Source: Squalus acanthias
Taxonomy: Eukaryota
Length of the DNA stretch: 64,000 nt
Assembly: GCA_030390025.1 (NCBI GenBank)
Contig: CM059431.1
Span: 95,544,001-95,608,000, forward strand
Direction: 5' to 3'
Shown here in pieces: positions 1-12,892 of this stretch (the stretch's first letter is position 1; every line of letters starts with the position of its first letter). The translations under genes were made by a program, and so were the position numbers. The notes under the pieces were generated by a model. It did not search any database. It was not told where the DNA came from and was given only the letters and a program-made list of their open reading frames with translations.

Positions 1-732
1 CACTGAGAAGTGTAGAAGATCAGAGGGACCTTGGAGTGCATGTCTACAGATCCCTGAAGGTAGCAGGACAGGTAGATAAGGTGGTTAAGAAGGCATACGG
101 GATACTTACCTTTATTAGCCGAGGCATAGAATATAAGACCAGGGAGGTTATGCTTGAACTGTATAAAACACTAGTTAGGCCACAGCTAGAATACTGCGTG
201 CAGTTCTGGTCACCACATTACAGGAAGGATGTGATTGCACTAGAGGGGGTGTAGAGGAGATTTACGAGGATGTTGCCTGGGCTGGGGAATTTTAGCTATG
301 AAGAAAAATTGGATAGGCTGGGGATGTTTTCTTTGGAACAGAGGAGGCTGAGGGGAGGCCTAATTGAGGTGTATAAAATTATGAGGGGCCTAGAGTGGAT
401 AGGAAGGACTTATTTCCCTTAGCAGAAGGGTCAATAATCAGAGGGGATAGATTTAAAGTAATTGGTCGGAAGTTTAGAGGGGATTTGAGGAGAAATGTTT
501 TCACCTAGAGGGTGGTGGGGGTCTGAAACTCACTGCCTGAAAGGGTAGTAGAGGCAGAGACCCTCATCAGATTTAAAAAGTACTTGGATATGCACTTGAA
601 GTGCCATAACCTACAAGGCTACGGACCAAGTGCTGGAAAGTGGGATTAGGGTGGATAGCTCTTTGTCGGCTGGCACGGACAAGATCGGCTGAATGGCCCC
701 CTTCGGTGCTGTAAATTTCTATGATTCTATGA
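1..732 (+). mobile_element. CR1 LINE 3' fragment (end of ORF2 plus 3' tail)
   Basis: Translates to LYKTLVRPQLEYCVQFWSPHYRKD, the CR1 ORF2 C-terminus. Ends in the TTCTATGATTCTATGA microsatellite tail at about 717-732. Confidence 0.9.
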
Positions 733-2483
733 AAATAAAAAGCATACAAGAATGTAAAAAATAGCACAGATCCTGGCGAATGGGAGAGATACAAAGAACA
801 GCAAAAGGTAACAAAATAATCCGAAACTAGGGTCCTAAATCTAATCAAAGGAAACTACGAAGGTATGAGGAGTGAGTTGGCTATGATAGATTGGGGAACT
901 TCATTAAAAGGCATGACGGTGGATAGGCAATGGCTAACATTTAAGGAATTAATGCATAAATTGCAACATATATACATTCCTTTCTGGTGCAAAAACACAA
1001 AAGGTAAAGCGGCCCAACCATGGCTAACAAAAGAAATTAAGCATAGTATTAGATCCAAAGAGGAGTCACAGAAAAAGTAGCAAGCCTGAGGATTGGGAGC
1101 AGTTTAGAGTTCAGCAAAAAAGCACCAAGAGATTGATTAAGAGGGGAAAAATAGAGTATGAGAGTAAACTTTCAAGGAACATAAAAGCGGACTGTAAAAG
1201 CTTCTACAAGTATGTAAAATGAAAAAGATTAGTGAAGACAAATGTAGGTCCCTTACAGTCAGAAACGGGAGAATTTATAATGGGGAACAAGGAAATGGCT
1301 GAGCAATTAAACAAATACTTTGGTTCTGTCTTCACGGAAGAGGACACAAATAACTTCCCAGAAATGCTAGGGAACCAAGGGTCTAGTGAGAAGGAGGAAT
1401 TAAAGGAAATTAGTATTAGTAAAAAAATAGTGCTGGAGAAATTAATGGGACTGAAAGCTGATAAATCCCCAGGGCCTGATAATCTGCATCCCAGAGTACT
1501 AAAAGAGGTTGCCATGGAAATAGTGGATGCATTGGTTGTCATCTTCCAAAATTCTATTGGTTATGGAACAGCTCCTGCAAATTGGAGGGTGGCAAATGTA
1601 ACCCCACTATTTAAAAAAGGAGGGAGAGAGAAAACAGGGAACTACAGACTATAGTCCTATAGCCTAACATCAGTAGTAGGGAAAATACTAGAGTCTATTA
1701 TAAAGGATGTGATAACAGGACACTTAGAAAATATCAACGGGATTAGACAAAGTCAACATGGATTTATGAATGGGAAATTGTGTTTGACAAACCTACTGGA
1801 GTTTTTTGAGGATGTAACTGTTAGAATAGATAAGGGATAACCAGTGGATGTGGTGTATTTGGATTTTCAGAAGGCCTTTGATAAAGTCCCACATAAGAGG
1901 TTAGTGTGCAAAATTAAAGCAGATGGGATTGGGGGTAATATACTGGCATGGATTGAAAATTGGTTAACAGACAGGAAACAGAGAGTAGGAATAAATGGGT
2001 CTTTTTCAGGGTGGCAGGCGGTGACTAGTGGAGTACCGCAGGGAACAGTGCTTGGGCCCCAGCTATTCACAATATATATCAATGATTTGGATGAGGGAAC
2101 CAAATGTAATATTTCCAAGTTTGCTGACAACACAAATCTAGGTTGGATTGTGAGTTGTGAGGAGGATGCAAAGAGGCTTCAAGGTGATTTAGACAAGTTG
2201 AGTGAGTGGGCAAATACATGACAGATGCAGTATAACGTGGAAAAATGTGAAGTTATCCACTTCATTAGGAAAAACAGAAAGGCAGAGTATTATTTAAATG
2301 GTGATAGATTGGGAAATGTTGATGTACAGAGGGACCTGGGTGTTCTTGTACACCAGTCACTGAAAGCAAACATACTGAATTTGGATGATCAGCCATGATC
2401 TCATTAAATGGCGGAGCAGGCTCGAGGGGCCGAATGGCCTACTCCTGCTCCTAACTTCTATGTTTCTATGTTTTTATGTTTCT
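733..2483 (+). mobile_element. CR1 LINE fragment with decayed RT
   Basis: Contains [24 protein letters not shown] and KFAD motifs with stops. The 3' tail ends in (TTCTATGT)n at about 2455-2483. Confidence 0.9.
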
Positions 2484-3560
2484 AAAATAATGGCACTAAA
2501 GAGTTATCAATCCTCAGGACCAGATGGTTTTCATCCCAGGGTTTTAAAGGAAGTATGTGAGAACATTGCAGATGCTCTAACTATGATCTTCCAATGTTCT
2601 CTTGATTCAGGAACCGTTCCTTTAGATTGGAAAATTGCACATGTCAGTCCGCTATTTAAGAAAGGTGAGAGGGGGAAACCAGGGAACCATAGGCCAGTTG
2701 GCCGAACATCTGTTGTCAGGAAATTACTAGAGTCTATAATTAAGGATAGAGTGGCTGAACACTCTGAAAATTTTCAGCTGATCAGAGAGAGCCAGCATGG
2801 ATTTGTAAAGGGTAGGTCATGCCTGAAAAACCTGATTACATTTTTTAAGGAAGTGACTAAATTGGTGGACAGGGGAATGTCTATGGATGTTATTTATATG
2901 GACTTCCAGAAGGCATTCAATAAAGTTCCTCATAAGAGACTGTTAGCTAAAGTTGTAGCTCATGGAATAGAAGGCAAATTATTGATCGGGTTAGGAGATT
3001 GGCTGAGCAGCAGGAAACAAATGCCGGAATTTTCATGCTGCTGTACGGGTGGGATTGGGGATGGGCCGGGAGTAAAATTTGCTATAAATGGGAGCAGGTA
3101 GGGAATGCGCCGTCAACCCACCTCCTCGCGCCTTTAAATTGGGTGCATTTGCCAGTGCGGCATGGACCCCAACGGCAGAGACAGGTGATGTAATTTACCT
3201 CATTAATACCTTGTTGTCAGACCCTTTTAACCAGACCTTTTGAATTTCACTGCATGAGCACGGGAATCACGCAGCTCGGGAACCACGTCTGTCCAACTGA
3301 GGCGGAAGTTCAGTGGCCATTGAGCGAGGCCATTACTACAGAGCATGGAAAGCAGAATAAATATTGCCACATGACACCTGCTTACTTGCCTAAGGAAAAG
3401 ACTCTTGCTGAGTGCCTTTTGAGCACAGATTTAGGTGTTTACAGTTTGCAAGTCTTTTCTGCAACTTCGGAAGCCACTCTCACCTCATTGCTACCAACTA
3501 TCACATCATTGACAGATTGGTCCTCTGATCTCCACTTGACCTGCCTTCTATTACAATAGC

Positions 3561-4782
3561 ATGGGTGCCGTTTATACTGTCTCACCCTGGTCCTCAGAAT
3601 TGGACCAGGATGAACCCCAACACCAGCAGCAGTAGCAGGCACACCTGCAGCAGCAGCAACAACAAACATCTCCTCAACGACCTAATGCGCCCCAGGAAGA
3701 GGGAATCAGCTCAGGGCTGCACCGTGCCGGAGGTGATACCCCCAACACAGGGTATACAGGCAGAGGATGAGCTTCCTCAACATAATTGAGCAGCAATAAA
3801 GGAGGCCCAGGCTATCGCACCAGATCAACACAGACATTTGCAGCTTACTGGAACCAGACCTGCATTCCTGGTGGACATGCCTTACCAGTGGCTGTCAAGG
3901 TCACCAGCGCCCTCAACTTCTTCACCTCAGGCTCCTTCCAGGGATCTGCAGCAGACATTTGTGGGATCTCGCAGTCGGCCGCCCACAAATGCATCACACA
4001 GGTCACCGATGCCATGTTTGACAAGTCAGCCATATCAACTTTGCCACTGATGAAGCCAGTGTTACTGAGCGGGCGCTGGGCTTTGCCGCTCTGGCTGCCT
4101 TCCCATGGGTGCAGGGCATCATCAACTGCACACATGTGGACATCAAGGCTCCCCATTATAACCCAGGAGTGTTGTGAACCGCAAGGGCTTCCATTCCCTC
4201 AATGTGCAGCTGGTCTGCAACCATAAAAAGATGATTATGCATGTGTGCGCCAGATTCCCTGGCAGCTGTGATGGTGCTTTTGTCCTGTGCCAGTCCACTC
4301 TCCGTCAGCTCTTCGCACCGCCAAACAGACTTTCTGGCTGGCTGCTTGGAGACCAGGGCTATCCACTGAAGACGTGGCTCATGACACCCTTGAGGAGGCC
4401 ATGTACTGAGGCCAAGGAGAGATATAATGAAAGCCACATGTCCACCAGATGTGTCATAGAGCAGACAATAGGCATGCTGAAAATGCGCTTCAGATGCCTT
4501 GACAGATCTGGAGGAGCCCTTCAGCACGCACCAGCCAGGGTCTCCAGAATTGTGGTCGCTTGCTGCACCCTGCACAACATAGCGCAGCAACGAGGATTAG
4601 CGCTGCATGAGGAGCAAGGCACAGAGCGCACAACCTCTTCGAAGGAGGAGGAGGAGGAAGAGCATCAGCTGGAAGACGAGGAGGAGGAGCAGGAGGAACC
4701 TGCGGTCCAGATGCCAGCAGCACTCGAGCACATTGCTGCCCGGGAGGCCAGGGATGGCCTCATCATGGCCAGATTTACTTAA
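3561..4782 (+). pseudogene. Harbinger DDE transposase (HARBI1-like), frameshifted
   Basis: Contains [80 protein letters not shown] and CCTLHN, plus an acidic tail. Split across frames. Confidence 0.88.
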
Positions 4783-5008
4783 CTTCCTGCATTATACCCA
4801 TATGGCTGCCACATGCTGCGCCATGTTCCCTGCGTACCCTCCACCCCCGCACCCAACAACACCATAAAGCATCCCTACAATGAGCAAGCCATTCCTTTCA
4901 CACTGACTCCCATTTCTGGAGGTAACGTTATGTCTCACCATTCACTCCAACTCACTAAACCACTTCCAAAGTAGCAGACCAAAATGGCTATGACCAGAAA
5001 GTGGTGAA

Positions 5009-5024
5009 AATAAATAGTTTTATT
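5009..5024. terminator. Back-to-back polyadenylation signals between the convergent Harbinger genes
   Basis: AATAAA on + at 5009-5014 and TTTATT (AATAAA on -) at 5019-5024. Confidence 0.6.
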
Positions 5025-5112
5025 TGTGACATTACAGTAACGGAACCTTCACAGAAACATTTCTTTAAACACCCATGTGCTTACTCTTGTGCATCTACTT
5101 TGGTGTCATTTT

Positions 5113-6943
5113 TTATTTGTACGTGCTTCTACGAGGTGCAACTCCTGCGGCTTCAACAGAGGTAGAGGCAGCCTGCTCACTTCCCTGCTGCGACTGCATA
5201 GACACTTTTGGCAGACATCCTCTGGGTTTTGGAGCCTGTGATAGACCTGCCAAAGTCTGCTCCTCCTGAGACTGTGCAGGGGCAGACTCGGCGATCGCGA
5301 TCCGAGGAGGCATCTGGTGCACTGACTGAGGGGGAGGCAACGGGGGAGAAGTGTGAGCGCTTTGAGAGGAGCCCACACTTCCATGTCCCCTCTCACCATC
5401 ATCCCTCTCATGGGCCATCCAAACTTTTCTGCTAGCAAGGAGCTGGAGAGCACCTTGCTGCACAGCAGTGGGCCATGAGGACCCACGTCTATGCTGACAT
5501 CCCTCCTAGAGAGGAGGTCTATGAGCCTCTGCCATCTGTTCTCCATGTGCTCATGTGAATGGTGCATTAGCTGCTCCATGCAGGTGGCCATCATTTCCAT
5601 GGAAGAGCCTACCTTCGCCATCGCCTGCGACACAGTGGTGCTCATGTTGGAGATGGACATCTCCATTCTCTGAACATTTGCAGACATCACGCTCACAAAA
5701 CCTGTCAGAGTCTTCTGCACTTCTTCCTGCCCCTCCAGGATCGCTCTTTGTTTTGATGGCCCCCGAGGCTGAGCGTCTGCATGCAACTGAGCAGAGCTGG
5801 GAGCGTCCTGCGCCCTCCGGCGAGGAGTCTCTACTGCTGTCCCTGTCTCCACCAATCTCTTCTTGCTCACTTGTGACTTGTGAGACACCAGGTGACAACA
5901 CTACTCTATCTCGCGTAGGACTCACCGAGGTGTGTGTATCTGCGCTGGTGCTGGGTGCGCTCAAGTCTGGTGATGGTGCACCCTCAGAGGCTGGAGGCTC
6001 CTCTGAGGAGTTGTCTTCCTCTTCCGCTTTGACAGTGGGGGGGGGGGCTCTTGACGGACCTGTGGGAGAGTAAAGAGATGATTTAGAAATGTTATATCAA
6101 GAATGGGTAACGATACCATTATGCACATGATGAACATTCACTGGCTGCTGACATCAGTCCTCATATGTGACTGAATGAGATGTAATTCTGTCACCAGGTT
6201 GCTGAGCGGTCCCCCTCTCTCTGTCTCCCGCCGCCAGCTGCTCCGCACCTCCGGAGACATCCAGGGAGACCTCCTCTGCTGCTGTCAAAGTGGCGAAGGA
6301 TAGAGGGCCACCTCCGGTTCTCTCCCTCTCCCTGTTATTGTGGGCTCTCTTCTCCTGCAAGGAGGGAAAGAAGAGAAGTTTGAGTGAGAGTGATGGCATG
6401 AGTGTAAGGAGTGTGTGGGTTAGATCTTTAGAGGGTGACTATGAGGGAGTGCGGTACCAAAGCCAAGTGGCCTCCTTGTGTGTTGTTAGTTGGTATGATT
6501 GCATTAGGATGAGGGTGAGTGTGAGGGCTGGCTCGTCAGATGGGGATGTGATTATGTCGATAGAGAGAGAGGGATGGGTGATCGTGCAAGGTATGTTGGT
6601 GTGAGTAATGATATGCAGGAGTAGGGTTGGGAAGGCAGAGTGATGGGGATGTGATGACAGCCACAGCAAGATGAAGTTGAGTGTGGCTTTGCACTCACCT
6701 TTCCTGATCTCCTTTCCTGAGATCATTGAAGCACTTCCGGCAGTGCACCCAGGTCCTCCTCACCACATCCCTGCTGTTGACCTCCTCTGCAATTTGCAGC
6801 CAGGCTCTTTTTGTCTCCTGAGTAGGTCTCTTCCGCCCATCAGCAGGGAAGAAGACCTCCCTGCATGTTCTGACTCCCTCCACAAGAATATGTAGGGAGA
6901 CATCTGAAAACCTGGGTGCAGCCCTCTGTCTCAATGAAGCCAT
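5113..6943 (-). pseudogene. Harbinger Myb/SANT-like DNA-binding protein (NAIF1-like), three exons: 6943-6699, 6354-6195, 6059-~5113
   Basis: Contains RAAPRFSDVSLHILVEGV...KRAWLQIAEEVNS...RTWVHCRKCFNDL. Canonical splice sites AG|GTGAGT, TTGCAG|, G|GTGA and CCCACAG|. Frameshifts in exon 3. Confidence 0.82.
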
Positions 6944-9682
6944 CTCTGCAAGGCTCAGCAATAATCAGATGGTGATATGTACTGCCTGCACACTCCTAGA
7001 TAATCCTTCAAATGGAATGTGGCCAGGGCTGCTTTTAATAAGCCCGCTGGAAATGAGTCATCGATGACATCATCAGACCCACACCATTTAATAGGGCCGG
7101 GTAACGCGCAGGCCTGCCTTCATCGGCGCCATTAATGGAAAGTTGGTCTGAGGAGCGGGATGAAAAGAACGGGGTGCCGAGCCGCCACGCTGACCGCCCA
7201 AACCTGGCCCGCCCAGGTAATGAAAATTCCGGCCAGAGAGTAGGGATACTGGCCAGGTACTCTAATTGGCAGAATGTGACTAGTGGCATCCCACAGGAAT
7301 CTCTTTTGGGACCTCAACTATTCACTGTATTTAGTAATGACTTAGATGATGGGGTAGAGATATACATATCCAAGTTTGCCGATGACACAAAGTTAGGTGG
7401 CATTGTAGGCAGTGTAGATGGAAGCATAAAATTACAAAGAGATATTAATAGATTAAGTGAATGGGCAAAACTGTGGCAAATGGATTTCAATATAAGCATG
7501 TGTGAGGTCATCCACTTTGGACCTAAAAAGCTTAGATCAGAGTTCTTCCTAAATGGTGAAAGACTAGAAGCAGTGGAGGTCCAAAGAGTACATAGTCCAT
7601 GTACACAGACCATTAAAATGTCATGGACAGGTACAAAAATTAATCAAAAGGCTAATGGAATGCTGGCCTTTATATTTAGAGGACTAGAATACAAGGGGTT
7701 AAAAGTCATGCTACAACTATACAAAGCCCTGGTTAGACCACACCTGGAGTACTGTGTTCAGTTCTGGGCACCACACCTTAGGAAGGATATACTGACCTTG
7801 GAGGAAGCGCAGCCTAGATTTATCAGAATGATACATGGACTGCAAGGATTAAATTACAAGGAGAGATTACACAAACGAGGCTTTATTCCCTGGAATTTGG
7901 AAGATTAAGGGGCGATTTGATTGAAGTTTTCAAGATATTAAGGGAAACTGATAGGTTAGATAGAGAGAAACTATTTCCGATGGTTGGGGAATCTAAGACT
8001 AGGGGACATAGCCTAAAATTAAGAGACAGGCCTTTCAGGAGTGAAGTTAGGAAACACTTCTACACACAAAGGGTGGTAGAAGTTTGGAACTCTCTTCCGC
8101 AAACAGCAGTTAATGCTAGATCAATTGTTAATTTTAAATTTCAGATTGATAGATTTCTGTTAACCAAAGATATTAAGGGATATGGGGCAAAGGTGGGTAA
8201 ATGGAATTACATCACAGATCAGCCATGATCTCATTGAATGGCGGAACAGGCTCGAGGGGCTAAATGGCCTATTCCTGTTTCTATGTTCCTACTCCTTCTG
8301 ACTGAAGTAGGTTGGTTCATGCCATTTTCCTTTGTAAGTTTGGACAATAGTTTCCACACAAGAGATGAAAAGGCTTTTGTTTCAAAGTTAAAAGTAGTGC
8401 ATATAGTTGACTGATTCAGTGATTGAAGGCAAAGTATTGTTTGGCATCGCTACAGAAAAACTTGTATAATATGTTAATTAGATGATGTGAATCTCATTAA
8501 GCTCTGCTTACATATGTACTTATTTTAATATTGTGTGAACATTGTTAATTCTGCTCATGGATATAATCTTGACAGGTTTCACTCAACTGCAAATGAATCT
8601 AGTAGTTAAAAGCAGGAGACTGGAAAAATACATAAGGGCTTTCAAGAGTTGGAGAATATCTCAACAGAATGCATACACTTGGAAAGGAGACTACTATTTG
8701 TTTTCCAATGGAAAAGACTTTTACAATATTAAAAAGCGTAACTAACCCTTCATGGACTTCGCTCATATTTCTATGTTGTATTAAATTGATAGTACTTGTT
8801 GAATATTTTTGTTGCTTTGTTGTTCCATTGGGTTGCAAATAAATATTTTAGTTGCGTTAGCATATAAGGAACTCTGGTCAGTATTTAATTTTCTCCAATT
8901 CCAAAGAAATTGGTGTTATAATACAAAAATACAGAAAGGCTTTTTTTGGGGGAGTACATTGAGGTTTTTGATAGTGTGTAATCCATTTTCAACCTTTCCA
9001 TTGTGCTTCAGGTTGCAAAATATATTCCTTGAGCCATCTGTTATTCTTCAAATAAACAGAAGACCCTACTGCTGACTGGAATACGATTATTTTAGCACGT
9101 GTGTACCTGACCTGAATAGAGACGTGTAATCCAGTTCACTTCAGTGTAAAATTCATACCAAAAGCAGTAGCCATGTATCTTTTTTGATTAGCCTTGATGC
9201 CCACAATGATTTAACTAGTGTTTAATAACGATCAAAGTGCCTCAAGAGATCATTCAAATTTCATTTTTCAACCCTTAGATGCGCATATACAGTGGCTGCT
9301 GTTACAGTCAGATGCTCAAAGGAAACATTGCAAATTAAAGCAAATATGGGTTAGTATAGTTTATCTTCTATCCATGTATATTCAACAAGAATGAATAATT
9401 GTTTACAGGTTAAACAATCTTGGTGATTGCTGTTCCAAAGCTGTTAGATGTTTGAAGATATTTCTGCTACATCTGAATTTAACACAGATGTTTATTGTCC
9501 ACTGTAATATGTTACAACGTCTGTCTCTTTAGAAATGCAGTCTTCATATTGTATGAAACATTAGAGCACAATAAACTCAAATAATGATAGTGGAGTGCAA
9601 GTGTCAATACAAAAAAGTATTAATTCTGCCATTTTCAATTTGAAAGCTTGCATTAGATAGCTGAGTAATGAAAAACAAATAC

Positions 9683-11957
9683 CTGATTCCATCGTTCCCA
9701 TCAAGCCAGGTGATGTTAAACTAAGAGAGGGTTTATTGTTCTGTTGAATCCCTGGACTCTGGAGTGGAGGTTTAGGGGATGAAGTCCATCCAGGTGAAGG
9801 AGCTGGAAGAGATGGTGATTTGAGGTGGACTGGGGAAGCAGCTGCAGACCCAAGAATAGGGGGAGACTTGATGGATGCTGCAGCTGCTTGACCAGACAGC
9901 ATGCCAGCAAGCTGAGACGGTGTTTGCGGGGACTTGAGGTTAGTTGATGGTGAACCAACCATTGGAGACTGCACCTGTCTAATAGTTGGTGACTTCAAAG
10001 GATTCATCCCTGGAGAGTTCACCTGACTAGAAACATTCAAATCTGATGGTTTACGGCCAAGACTTCGTTGAACTGGGAGGATTGCATTGAGAGTGTTTGG
10101 ATTACTGGATGGATTTGGAGGTTGAGGTGGCATGTGACTTAGCCTAGCATTGCCTCCCATATTAGTTAATTGTTCAGACACAAATTGATCCCTTGGATTT
10201 CTTATTGCTCCTGGTCCCTGAGGCATGCCAGGGAAAGGACGTGACTCTATGAAGTCTTGTGGTTGATCGGTAAACTGTGATGGCAACATTTTCTGCTGGT
10301 TAGCCAGCATTTCTATATTGTTTGATTGCCTCATCTTCATGCCATCTTCTGGGCTCACATTGTGAGGGTGTCCTCCCCCAGGTCCTTGTTTTTGCAACAC
10401 AGTCTGAGAGTTGGAGCTCATGCTCACATTCAGGTTCATGTTGACATTCATATTCATGTTCATGCTCGTGGGTATCATTCCCATTTGCAAATCTCTGCCT
10501 GGTCCTGCTTGCAATGATGATCCTTTTGGACCAGGAAATTCCATTCTGGTGGGACTTGGAATACCTTCTCCTGGTAACCTTGGAAAGATGTTGCCATTTG
10601 CTGGGCCCAGATGTCTTTGTGATTGAAACATTCTGTTAATGTCCATTCCTGGCTGTACATTATCCATTCCCATTCCAGGAGACATTCTTAGCTGTTTTTC
10701 GGCCAACTGATGCTGGAATAGGTCATCTTGCATGTTCTGAGGGTTCGGGAACCTCTCCCCTCGGACTGGCCCACAAAATAGGCCTGGTCCATGAGGAAAA
10801 TTTCTACTATCTGGCATTTTTGGCATATCATCTGGCCAGTTGACACCTGGAAGACCAGGTCTTGGTACTGGATTTGGGCCACCAGGAGTGTCCATAACTG
10901 GATTTAACATTCCTGTGAAGCCAGGCATTCTCTGTAACTGATTTCTGGGAACCCCTGGATGGGGTGCTAGACCTCTGGGATGCATAGAGTTTGGAGGGTT
11001 CATTCCTTCATAAGATTCTGCCCCTCCAGGTACCCATCCTTCTCCTGGATTTATTTGATAAGGTGGTGGTGGCCCTCTGATTATACTTCTTGGGCCATGC
11101 TGGTGCATGATGATACCCTGTACCGTTCTGTGCTGAACAGCCTGCTCTTGTTTCCGCCGTTTCTCTTCGTAGAATTCCTGCTGCAGCTTCAACCATGCTA
11201 GTTGCTCTGGAGTCATGTGATCCATGTGCTCCTGCCCCAGTTGTGAATTAATTACATTTTGCGGTGGTCCCATTTCAGCAGGCTGGAAAAGAACATCGCG
11301 ATGACCTGATAGTCCAAACGGCTGAGCTTCTGACCGAGAACTAGGTGGCTTTCCTATACTTTGTGATTGTGAAATCATGGCCTGTAGAGGTCCTTCAGGT
11401 TTTTTAGATGGATCATCCAGTCCCCCAGTGTTCTGCGGGGGACAACTGTTTGAACCTCCTGAATTTTCGCTTTCAGGAAAGAGCATTCTCTGAATGTCAC
11501 GCAGCGTCTGTAATGAACGCTCTCTGTGCTCCAACTGTTCCTGAGACAGACCCTCTGGGTTTTCTCCCATATTCAACGTGCCATCTGCAGCTGCCGGTTG
11601 TGCTGCCTCTTTTGACTCACTCTTTGTTTCAGCTTCTGAATTGCTAGTTGGTGTATAAGTATTTTGTGCTACAGAGGTGGATGTTTGGTTGCTAGGTGCA
11701 GAGTTTCTACAAGCATCCTCAACAGGTAATGGAACAGAGCTTTGGGGACTTCCATCAGGATGCACTTTATTGTCCATGCCTGCATTGTCCTGGACAACAT
11801 TCCCTTGGGAGTCGACATGTTTGGATCCTTCACCTTGCTGAGATTGGTTCTGTGACATTCTTGATGTCTGCTGATGGTTTTGTTCTTGCTTCTGTGATGG
11901 AGATGATTGCTGATGGTTTAGTGAAACAATTCGGTGAGCAGGTACTTGATTGTTTTG
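9683..11957 (-). CDS. BCL9: BCL9 large internal coding exon (2275 bp; HD2 and HD3)
   Basis: Contains HD2 GENPEGLSQEQLEHRERSLQTLRDIQRMLFP (BCL9-type, not BCL9L), HD3 DHMTPEQLAWLKLQQEFYEEKRRKQEQ, and LKSPQTPSQLAGML...SPGWTSSPKPPLQSPG. Acceptor TTTTATAG| before 11957 and donor G|GTATT after 9683. Phase 0 start, phase 1 end. Confidence 0.96.
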
Positions 11958-12254
11958 CTATAAAACACAATTTGGGAAACTGCATTTAAATGTATCAGAA
12001 CAAAGCCAGTCAAGGGAATACAGTTGATTACCAACATGCAAAAGTGCTGGGAAAACAACCACTGAGCACACCCAAGTGCTAGAAAAAATTCAGGTGCTAT
12101 AAAGCAATTACATCATCTAATTGGAATAGGCCCAAGGATAGCACTCGGACACTACAGGTGACCATTGGCATGCTTTGTGTACTTGTTATGGAGCTTGCGC
12201 GAGTATAGTGCCTCTCTCTGTCTCTTAAACTGCCTTCTCAAAAGGTGAGACAGT

Positions 12255-12410
12255 GGGACTGATTTTCCAAGTGCGCCCTTCCAGCGGGGAGCATTACCCA
12301 CTGGCTATGCATATCAGGAAATCAATGACACACTGCTTGTGAATTCCCAATCTCTGCAGCTGATGGATAAGGCTTCCTCACCAGCTGTGTGTGTCAGAAA
12401 TCTGACCCCC
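12255..12410. mobile_element. Possible decayed short Harbinger-type MITE
   Basis: Imperfect termini GGGACTGATTTT and GAAATCTGACCCCC resemble the other Harbinger TIRs in this window. Confidence 0.3.
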
Positions 12411-12892
12411 ATATTTTACGGGGATAAGAAGTGAACATTTTTGATACATCAAACAGCTTTTTCTGTAGTCACAACAGATAGGTAAATAAATCTCACTCCA
12501 TGGGTATGATGCCTATGTAATTCTGAGAAAGACGGTAGGGGGTCAGGCATCTGTTTCTTTTCTGAGGAATGTTTGTCTGTTTTTTGTTTGAAAATCTGCA
12601 GAGAAAAGCATCCAAAGTAACTCAACTGACTTATTTGTCTATTCAACCTTTTCATGAACTGGTTAAAGTTACTGTGTTAATTAGATTGATTTCAACAACT
12701 TGTTATTACTGCTGACTTCTGTGAATGTTTATCTGAATAGCCCTGTTTGGTAGCTCAGTCTGTTACAAAAGCATCTGTCATGACTGAATTAATTCTTTTC
12801 TGCATGGAAGGGAGTCCAGTGGAAATCCTACATGTAAAACAGAAACAGTTTCATTGTGCAGTGAGAGCACAATATTCCAGTTTACTTTGGCA

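Larger units (their letters stand above)
3022..7234. mobile_element. Full-length PIF/Harbinger DNA transposon (~4.2 kb)
   Basis: 14-bp TIR GCCGGAATTTTCAT (3023-3036) and ATGAAAATTCCGGC (7220-7233). Convergent transposase (+) and Myb/SANT (-) genes. Interrupts a CR1. Probable 3-bp TSD AAA/AGA. Confidence 0.9.
2484..8290 (+). mobile_element. CR1 LINE split by a Harbinger insertion (2484-3021 and 7235-8290)
   Basis: RT reads ...WLSSRKQ before 3021 and resumes RVGI...VTSGIPQ...KFADDTK after 7235. 3' tail at about 8220-8290. Confidence 0.88.

Noticed and set aside
4174..4782. Host HARBI1 or NAIF1 genes
   Set aside because: They are frameshifted, multi-copy and bounded by TIRs, so they are transposon copies rather than domesticated genes.
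9561..11858. 765-aa ORF as a complete single-exon gene
   Set aside because: It is an internal BCL9 exon. The frame is open from the acceptor at 11957, and the residues after ...MESG are intron read-through.
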